From Perkinsela sp. CCAP 1560/9 (taxonomy: Eukaryota; Protista; Euglenozoa: Kinetoplastea): a stretch of 64,000 nucleotides of DNA. Below, piece by piece: positions 52,401 to 62,029 of this stretch (positions are counted from its first letter, which is position 1; each line of letters starts with the position of its first letter). The notes under the pieces were generated by a model. That model was not told the origin of the DNA, did not search any database, and was given only the letters and a program-made list of their open reading frames with translations. The stretch is taken from contig CBFFSA010000011.1 of assembly GCA_965644495.1 (NCBI GenBank), positions 558,001 to 622,000 on the forward strand, given 5' to 3'. The position numbers and the translations under genes are program-made.

Positions 52401-54770
52401 TCAAAAAAACAAAGGTCTTCAAAAAAACAAAGGTCTTCAAAAAAACAAAGGTCTTCAAAAAAACAAAGGTCTTCAAAAAAACAAAAGGTCTTCAAAAAAA
52501 GAAAGGTCTTCAAAAAAACAAAGGTCTTCAAAAAAACAAAGGTCTTCGAAAAAACAAAGGTCTTCAAAAAAACAAAAGTCTTTAAAAAAACAAAGTCTTC
52601 AAAAAATCAAAGGTCTTCAAAAAAACAAAGGTCTTCAAAAAAACAAAGGTCTTCAAAAAAACAAAGGTCTTCAAAAAAACAAAGGTCCTCAAAAAAACAA
52701 AGGTCTTCAAAAAAAACAAAGGTCATCAAAAAAACAAAGGTCTTCAAAAAAACAAAGGTCTTCAAAAAAAAAAAGGTCTTCAAAAAAACAAAGGTCTTCA
52801 AAAAAACAAAGGTCTTCAAAAAAACAAAGGTCTTCAAAAACAAAGGTCTTCAAAAAAACAAAGGTCTTCAAAAAAACAAAGGTCTTCAAAAAAACAAAGG
52901 TCTTCAAAAAAACAAAGGTCTTCAAAAAAACAAAGGTCTTCAAAAAAACATAGGTCTTCAAAAAAACAAAGGTCTTCAAAAAAACAAAGGTCTTCAAAAA
53001 AACAAAGGTCTTCAAAAAAACAAAGGTCTTCAAAAACAAAGGTCTTCAAAAAAACAAAGGTCTTCAAAAAAACAAAGGTCTTCAAAAAAAGAAAGGTCTT
53101 CAAAAAAAACAAAGGTCTTCAAAAACAAACGTCTTCAAAAAAACAAAGGTCTTCAAAAAGTCAAAAGGTCTTCAAAAAAAAAGGTCTTCAAAAAAACAAA
53201 GGTCTTCAAAAAAACAAAGGTCTTCAAAAAAACAAAAGGTCTTCAAAAAAAGAAAGGTCTTCAAAAAAACAAAGGTCTTCAAAAAAACAAAGGTCTTCAA
53301 AAAAACAAAAGTCTTCAAAAAAACAAAGGTCTTCAAAAAAACAAAGGTCTTCAAAAAAACAAAGGTCTTCAAAAAAAAAAAGGTCTTCAAAAAAACAAAA
53401 GGTCTTCAAAAAAAGAAAGGTCTTCAAAAAAACAAAGGTCTTCAAAAAAACAAAGGTCTTCGAAAAAACAAAGGTCTTCAAAAAAACAAAGGTCTTCAAA
53501 AAAACAAAGGTCTTCAAAAAAACAAAGGTCTTCAAAAAAACAAAGGTCTTCAAAAAAACAAAGGTCTTCAAAAAAACAAAAGGTCTTCAAAAAAAGAAAG
53601 GTCTTCAAAAAAACAAAGGTCTTCAAAAAAACAAAGGTCTTCGAAAAAACAAAGGTCTTCAAAAAAACAAAAGTCTTTAGAAAAACAAAGTCTTCAAAAA
53701 ATCAAAGGTCTTCAAAAAAACAAAGGTCTTCAAAAAAACAAAGGTCTTCAAAAAAACAAAGGTCTTCAAAAAAACAAAGGTCTTCAAAAAAACAAAGGTC
53801 TTCAAAAAAAACAAAGGTGATCAAAAAAACAAAGGTCTTCAAAAAAACAAAGGTCTTCAAAAAAAAAAAGGTCTTCAAAAAAACAAAGGTCTTCAAAAAA
53901 ACAAAGGTCTTCAAAAAAACAAAGGTCTTCAAAAACAAAGGTCTTCAAAAAAACAAAGGTCTTCAAAAAAACAAAGGTCTTCAAAAAAACAAAGGTCTTC
54001 AAAAAAACAAAGGTCTTCAAAAAAACAAAGGTCTTCAAAAAAACATAGGTCTTCAAAAAAACAAAGGTCTTCAAAAAAACAAAGGTCTTCAAAAAAACAA
54101 AGGTCTTCAAAAAAACAAAGGTCTTCAAAAACAAAGGTCTTCAAAAAAACAAAGGTCTTCAAAAAAACAAAGGTCTTCAAAAAAAGAAAGGTCTTCAAAA
54201 AAAACAAAGGTCTTCAAAAACAAACGTCTTCAAAAAAACAAAGGTCTTCAAAAAGTCAAAAGGTCTTCAAAAAAAAAGGTCTTCAAAAAAACAAAGGTCT
54301 TCAAAAAAACAAAGGTCTTCAAAAAAACAAAAGGTCTTCAAAAAAAGAAAGGTCTTCAAAAAAACAAAGGTCTTCAAAAAAACAAAGGTCTTCGAAAAAA
54401 CAAAGGTCTTCAAAAAAACAAAGGTCTTCAAAAAAACAAAGGTCTTCAAAAAAACAAAGGTCTTCAAAAAAACAAAGGTCTTCAAAAAAACATAGGTCTT
54501 CAAAAAAACAAAGGTCATCAAAAAAACAAAGGTCTTCAAAAAAACAAAGGTCTTCAAAAAAAAAAAGGTCTTCAAAAAAACAAAGGTCTTCAAAAAAAAA
54601 AAGGTCTTCAAAAAAAACAAAGGTCTTCAAAAAAACAAAAGTCTTCAAAAAAACAAAGTCTTCAAAAAATCAAAGGTCTTCAAAAAAACAAAGGTCTTCA
54701 AAAAAACAAAGGTCTTCAAAAAAACAAAGGTCTTCAAAAAAACAAAGGTCTTCAAAAAAACAAAGGTCTT
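43420..54770 (+). repeat. Large tandem duplication, period about 5.6 kb (5,647 / 5,593 / 5,629 bp along its length)
   Basis: AAAGAAAGAAAGG 45446/51093 and TTCTAAAA 45536/51183 (5647); TGATCA 48189/53818 (5629). A continuous run of matching ORFs extends from 43494/49141 to 48690/54319. Confidence 0.95.
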
Positions 54771-57700
54771 CAAAAAAACAAAGGTCTTCAAAAAAACAAA
54801 GGTCTTCAAAAAAACAAAGGTCTTCAAAAAAACATAGGTCTTCAAAAAAACAAAGGTCATCAAAAAAACAAAGGTCTTCAAAAAAACAAAGGTCTTCAAA
54901 AAAAAAAAGGTCTTCAAAAAAACAAAGGTCTTCAAAAAAACAAAGGTCTTCAAAAAAACAAAGGTCTTCAAAAAAACAAAGGTCTTCAAAAAAACAAAGG
55001 TCTTCAAAAAAACAAAGGTCTTCAAAAAAACAAAGGTCTTCAAAAACAAAGGTCTTCAAAAAAACAAAGGTCTTCAAAAAAACAAAGGTCTTCAAAAAAA
55101 GAAAGGTCTTCAAAAAAAACAAAGGTCTTCAAAAACAAAGGTCTTCAAAAAAACAAAGGTCTTCAAAAAGTCACAAGGTCTTCAAAAAAAAAGGTCTTCA
55201 AAAAAACAAAGGTCTTCAAAAAAACAAAGGTCTTCAAAAAAACAAAAGGTCTTCAAAAAAAGAAAGGTCTTCAAAAAAACAAAGGTCTTCAAAAAAACAA
55301 AGGTCTTCGAAAAAACAAAGGTCTTCAAAAAAACAAAGGTCTTCAAAAAAACAAAGGTCTTCAAAAAAACAAAGGTCTTCAAAAAAACAAAGGTCTTCAA
55401 AAAAACAAAGGTCTTCAAAAACAAAGGTCTTCAAAAAAACAAAGGTCTTCAAAAAAACCAAGGTCTTCAAAAAAAGAAAGGTCTTCAAAAAAAACAAAGG
55501 TCTTCAAAAACAAACGTCTTCAAAAAAACAAAGGTCTTCAAAAAGTCAAAAGGTCTTCAAAAAAAAAGGTCTTCAAAAAAACAAAGGTCTTCAAAAAAAC
55601 AAAGGTCTTCAAAAAAACAAAAGGTCTCCAAAAAAAGAAAGGTCTTCAAAAAAACAAAGGTCTTCAAAAAAACAAAGGTCTGCAAAAAAACAAAGGTCTT
55701 CAAAAACAAAGGTCTTCAAAAAAACAAAGGTCTTCAAAAAAACAAAGGTCTTCAAAAAAAGAAAGGTCTTCAAAAAAAACAAAGGTCTTCAAAAACAAAC
55801 GTCTTCAAAAAAACAAAGGTCTTCAAAAAGTCAAAAGGTCTTCAAAAAAAAAGGTCTTCAAAAAAACAAAGGTCTTCAAAAAAACAAAGGTCTTCAAAAA
55901 AACAAAAGGTCTTCAAAAAAAGAAAGGTCTTCAAAAAAACAAAGGTCTTCAAAAAAACAAAGGTCTTCAAAAAAACAAAAGGTCTTCAAAAAAAGAAAGG
56001 TCTTCAAAAAAACAAAGGTCTTCAAAAAAACAAAGGTCTTCGAAAAAACAAAGGTCTTCAAAAAAACAAAGGTCTTCAAAAAAACAAAGGTCTTCAAAAA
56101 AACAAAGGTCTTCAAAAAAACAAAGGTCTTCGAAAAAACAAAGGTCTTCAAAAAAACAAAGGTCTTCAAAAAAAAAAAGGTCTTCAAAAAAAACAAAGGT
56201 CTTCAAAAAAACAAAAGTCTTCAAAAAAACAAAGTCTTCAAAAAATCAAAGGTCTTCAAAAAAACAAAAGGTCTTCAAAAAAAGAAAGGTCTTCAAAAAA
56301 ACAAAGGTCTTCAAAAAAACAAAGGTCTTCGAAAAAACAAAGGTCTTCAAAAAAACAAAGGTCTTCAAAAAAACAAAGGTCTTCAAAAAAACAAAGGTCT
56401 TCGAAAAAACAAAGGTCTTCAAAAAAACAAAGGTCTTCAAAAAAAAAAAAGGTCTTCAAAAAAAACAAAGGTCTTCAAAAAAACAAAAGTCTTTAAAAAA
56501 ACAAAGTCTTCAAAAAATCAAAGGTCTTCAAAAAAACAAAGGTCTTCAAAAAAACAAAGGTCTTCAAAAAAACAAAGGTCTTCAAAAAAACAAAGGTCTT
56601 CAAAAAAACATAGGTCTTCAAAAAAACAAAGGTCTTCAAAAAAACAAAGGTCTTCAAAAAAAAAAAGGTCTTCAAAAAAAAAAAGGTCTTCAAAAAAAAC
56701 AAAGGTCTTCAAAAAGTCAAAAGGTCTTCAAAAAAAAAGGTCTTCAAAAAAACAAAGGTCTTCAAAAAAACAAAGGTCTTCAAAAAAACAAAAGGTCTTC
56801 AAAAAAAGAAAGGTCTTCAAAAAAACAAAGGTCTTCAAAAAAACAAAGGTCTTCAAAAAAAAAAAGGTCTTCAAAAAAAACAAAGGTCTTCAAAAAAACA
56901 AAGGTCTTCAAAAAAACAAAGGTCTTCAAAAAAACAAAGGTCTTCAAAAAAACAAAGGTCTTCAAAAACAAAGGTCTTCAAAAAAACAAAGGTCTTCAAA
57001 AAAACAAAGGTCTTCAAAAAAAGAAAGGTCTTCAAAAAAAACAAAGGTCTTCAAAAACAAAGGTCTTCAAAAAAACAAAGGTCTTCAAAAAGTCAAAAGG
57101 TCTTCAAAAAAAAAGGTCTTCAAAAAAACAAAGGTCTTCAAAAAAACAAAGGTCTTCAAAAAAACAAAAGGTCTTCAAAAAAAGAAAGGTCTTCAAAAAA
57201 ACCAAGGTCTTCAAAAAAACAAAGGTCTTCGAAAAAACAAAGGTCTTCAAAAAAACAAAGGTCTTCAAAAAAACAAAGGTCTTCAAAAAAACAAAGGTCT
57301 TCAAAAAAACATAGGTCTTCAAAAAAACAAAGGTCTTCAAAAAAACAAAGGTCTTCAAAAAAACAAAGGTCTTCAAAAAAACAAAAGGTCTTCAAAAAAA
57401 GAAAGGTCTTCAAAAAAAGAAAGGTCTTCAAAAAAACAAAGGTCTTCGAAAAAACAAAGGTCTTCAAAAAAACAAAGGTCTTCAAAAAAAAAAAGGTCTT
57501 CAAAAAAAACAAAAGTCTTCAAAAAAACAAAAGTCTTCAAAAAAACAAAGTCTTCAAAAAATCAAAGGTCTTCAAAAAAACAAAGGTCTTCAAAAAAACA
57601 AAGGTCTTCAAAAAAAACAAAGGTCTTCAAAAACAAAGGTCTTCAAAAAAACAAAGGTCTTCAAAAAGTCAAAAGGTCTTCAAAAAAAAAGGTCTTCAAA

Positions 57701-60049
57701 AAAACAAAGGTCTTCAAAAAAACAAAGGTCTTCAAAAAAACAAAAGGTCTTCAAAAAAAGAAAGGTCTTCAAAAAAACAAAGGTCTTCAAAAAAACAAAG
57801 GTCTTCGAAAAAACAAAGGTCTTCAAAAAAACAAAGGTCTTCAAAAAAACAAAGGTCTTCAAAAAAACATAGGTCTTCAAAAAAACAAAGGTCTTCAAAA
57901 AAACAAAGGTCTTCAAAAAAACAAAAGGTCTTCAAAAAAAGAAAGGTCTTCAAAAAAACAAAGGTCTTCAAAAAAACAAAGGTCTTCGAAAAAACAAAGG
58001 TCTTCAAAAAAACAAAAGTCTTTAAAAAAACAAAGTCTTCAAAAAATCAAAGGTCTTCAAAAAAACAAAGGTCTTCAAAAAAACAAAGGTCTTCAAAAAA
58101 ACAAAGGTCTTCAAAAAAACAAAGGTCCTCAAAAAAACAAAGGTCTTCAAAAAAAACAAAGGTCATCAAAAAAACAAAGGTCTTCAAAAAAACAAAGGTC
58201 TTCAAAAAAAAAAAGGTCTTCAAAAAAACAAAGGTCTTCAAAAAAACAAAGGTCTTCAAAAAAACAAAGGTCTTCAAAAACAAAGGTCTTCAAAAAAACA
58301 AAGGTCTTCAAAAAAACAAAGGTCTTCAAAAAAACAAAGGTCTTCAAAAAAACAAAGGTCTTCAAAAAAACAAAGGTCTTCAAAAAAACATAGGTCTTCA
58401 AAAAAACAAAGGTCTTCAAAAAAACAAAAGTCTTCAAAAAAACAAAGGTCTTCAAAAAAACAAAGGTCTTCAAAAACAAAGGTCTTCAAAAAAACAAAGG
58501 TCTTCAAAAAAACAAAGGTCTTCAAAAAAAGAAAGGTCTTCAAAAAAAACAAAGGTCTTCAAAAACAAACGTCTTCAAAAAAACAAAGGTCTTCAAAAAG
58601 TCAAAAGGTCTTCAAAAAAAAGGTCTTCAAAAAAACAAAGGTCTTCAAAAAAACAAAGGTCTTCAAAAAAACAAAAGCTCTTCAAAAAAAGAAAGGTCTT
58701 CAAAAAAACAAAGGTCTTCAAAAAAACAAAGGTCTTCAAAAAAACAAAAGTCTTCAAAAAAACAAAGGTCTTCAAAAAAACAAAGGTCTTCAAAAAAACA
58801 AAGGTCTTCAAAAAAAAAAGGTCTTCAAAAAAAACAAAGGTCTTCAAAAAAACAAAAGTCTTCAAAAAAACAAAGGTCTTCGAAAAAACAAAGGTCTTCA
58901 AAAAAACAAAAGTCTTTAGAAAAACAAAGTCTTCAAAAAATCAAAGGTCTTCAAAAAAACAAAGGTCTTCAAAAAAACAAAGGTCTTCAAAAAAACAAAG
59001 GTCTTCAAAAAAACAAAGGTCTTCAAAAAAACAAAGGTCTTCAAAAAAAACAAAGGTGATCAAAAAAACAAAGGTCTTCAAAAAAACAAAGGTCTTCAAA
59101 AAAAAAAAGGTCTTCAAAAAAACAAAGGTCTTCAAAAAAACAAAGGTCTTCAAAAAAACAAAGGTCTTCAAAAACAAAGGTCTTCAAAAAAACAAAGGTC
59201 TTCAAAAAAACAAAGGTCTTCAAAAAAACAAAGGTCTTCAAAAAAACAAAGGTCTTCAAAAAAACAAAGGTCTTCAAAAAAACATAGGTCTTCAAAAAAA
59301 CAAAGGTCTTCAAAAAAACAAAGGTCTTCAAAAAAACAAAGGTCTTCAAAAAAACAAAGGTCTTCAAAAACAAAGGTCTTCAAAAAAACAAAGGTCTTCA
59401 AAAAAACAAAGGTCTTCAAAAAAAGAAAGGTCTTCAAAAAAAACAAAGGTCTTCAAAAACAAACGTCTTCAAAAAAACAAAGGTCTTCAAAAAAACAAAG
59501 GTCTTCAAAAACAAAGGTCTTCAAAAAAACAAAGGTCTTCAAAAAAACAAAGGTCTTCAAAAAAAGAAAGGTCTTCAAAAAAAACAAAGGTCTTCAAAAA
59601 CAAAGGTCTTCAAAAAAACAAAGGTCTTCAAAAAGTCAAAAGGTCTTCAAAAAAAAAGGTCTTCAAAAAAACAAAGGTCTTCAAAAAAACAAAGGTCTTC
59701 AAAAAAACAAAAGGTCTTCAAAAAAAGAAAGGTCTTCAAAAAAACAAAGGTCTTCAAAAAAACAAAGGTCTTCAAAAAAACAAAGGTCTTCAAAAAAACA
59801 TAGGTCTTCAAAAAAACAAAGGTCTTCAAAAAAACAAAGGTCTTCAAAAAAAAAAAGGTCTTCAAAAAAAAAAAGGTCTTCAAAAAAAAAAAGGTCTTCA
59901 AAAAAAACAAAGGTCTTCAAAAAAACAAAAGTCTTCAAAAAAACAAAGTCTTCAAAAAATCAAAGGTCTTCAAAAAAACAAAGGTCTTCAAAAAAACAAA
60001 GGTCTTCAAAAAAACAAAGGTCTTCAAAAAAACAAAGGTCTTCAAAAAA

Positions 60050-61800
60050 AAACAAAGGTCTTCAAAAAAACAAAGGTCTTCAAAAAAACAAAGGTCTTCA
60101 AAAAAACAAAGGTCTTCAAAAAAACAAAGGTCTTCAAAAAAACAAAGGTCTTCAAAAAAACAAAGGTCTTCAAAAACAAAGGTCTTCAAAAAAACAAAGG
60201 TCTTCAAAAAAACAAAGGTCTTCAAAAAAAGAAAGGTCTTCAAAAAAAACAAAGGTCTTCAAAAAAAAGGTCTTCAAAAAAACAAAGGTCTTCAAAAAAA
60301 CAAAGGTCTTCAAAAAAACAAAGGTCTTCAAAAAAACAAAGGTCTTCAAAAAAACAAAGGTCTTCAAAAAAACAAAAGGTCTTCAAAAAAAGAAAGGTCT
60401 TCAAAAAAACAAAGGTCTTCAAAAAAGCAAAGGTCTTCGAAAAAACAAAGGTCTTCAAAAAAACAAAGGTCTTCAAAAAAACAAAGGTCTTCAAAAAAAC
60501 AAAGGTCTTCAAAAAAACATAGGTCTTCAAAAAAACAAAGGTCTTCAAAAAAACAAAGGTCTTCAAAAAAACAAAAGTCTTCAAAAAAACAAAGGTCTTC
60601 AAAAAAACAAAGGTCTTCAAAAAAAAAAAGGTCTTCAAAAAAAACAAAGGTCTTCAAAAAAACAAAAGTCTTCAAAAAAACAAAGTCTTCAAAAAATCAA
60701 AGGTCTTCAAAAAAACAAAGGTCTTCAAAAAAACAAAGGTCTTCAAAAAAACAAAGGTCTTCAAAAAAACAAAGGTCTTCAAAAAAACAAAGGTCTTCAA
60801 AAAAACAAAGGTCTTCAAAAAAAGAAAGGTCTTCAAAAAAAACAAAGGTCTTCAAAAAAAAGGTCTTCAAAAAAACAAAGGTCTTCAAAAAAACAAAGGT
60901 CTTCAAAAAAAAACAAAGGTCTTCAAAAAAACAAAGGTCTTCAAAAAAAAACAAAGGTCTTCAAAAAAACAAAGGTCTTCAAAAAAACAAAGGTCTTCAA
61001 AAAAACAAAGGTCTTCAAAAAAACAAAGGTCTTCAAAAAAACAAAGGTCTTCAAAAAAACAAAGGTCTTCAAAAACAAAGGTCTTCAAAAAAACAAAGGT
61101 CTTCAAAAAAACAAAGGTCTTCAAAAAAAGAAAGGTCTTCAAAAAAAACAAAGGTCTTCAAAAAAAAGGTCTTCAAAAAAACAAAGGTCTTCAAAAAAAC
61201 AAAGGTCTTCAAAAAAACAAAGGTCTTCAAAAAAACAAAGGTCTTCAAAAAAACAAAGGTCTTCAAAAAAACAAAAGGTCTTCAAAAAAAGAAAGGTCTT
61301 CAAAAAAACAAAGGTCTTCAAAAAAGCAAAGGTCTTCGAAAAAACAAAGGTCTTCAAAAAAACAAAGGTCTTCAAAAAAACAAAGGTCTTCAAAAAAACA
61401 AAGGTCTTCAAAAAAACATAGGTCTTCAAAAAAACAAAGGTCTTCAAAAAAACAAAGGTCTTCAAAAAAACAAAAGTCTTCAAAAAAACAAAGGTCTTCA
61501 AAAAAACAAAGGTCTTCAAAAAAAAAAAGGTCTTCAAAAAAAACAAAGGTCTTCAAAAAAACAAAAGTCTTCAAAAAAACAAAGTCTTCAAAAAATCAAA
61601 GGTCTTCAAAAAAACAAAGGTCTTCAAAAAAACAAAAGTCTTCAAAAAAACAAAGGTCTTCAAAAAAACAAAGGTCTTCAAAAAAACAAAGGTCTTCAAA
61701 AAAACAAAGGTCTTCAAAAAAAGAAAGGTCTTCAAAAAAAACAAAGGTCTTCAAAAAAAAGGTCTTCAAAAAAACAAAGGTCTTCAAAAAAACAAAGGTC
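60050..61800 (+). repeat. Tandem duplication, period 899 bp
   Basis: AGCAAAGG (G at 60427/61326). ORFs 60170..60367/61069..61266 and 60240..60647/61139..61546. Confidence 0.92.
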
Positions 61801-62029
61801 TTCAAAAAAACAAAAGGTCTTCAAAAAAACAAAGGTCTTCAAAAAAACAAAGGTCTTCAAAAAAACAAAGGTCTTCAAAAAAACAAAGGTCTTCAAAAAC
61901 AAAGGTCTTCAAAAAAACAAAGGTCTTCAAAAAAACAAAGGTCTTCAAAAAAAGAAAGGTCTTCAAAAAAAACAAAGGTCTTCAAAAAAAAGGTCTTCAA
62001 AAAAACAAAGGTCTTCAAAAAAACAAAGG

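Noticed and set aside
3343-60522. Long + strand Lys-rich ORFs (466, 256, 1328, 422, 1165 and 488 aa) as histone H1-like or other proteins
   Set aside because: All + frames of the monomer are open. Starts are single-base satellite variants (GAATGG, GGTGATC), and the reading drifts among three hexapeptides at each indel.
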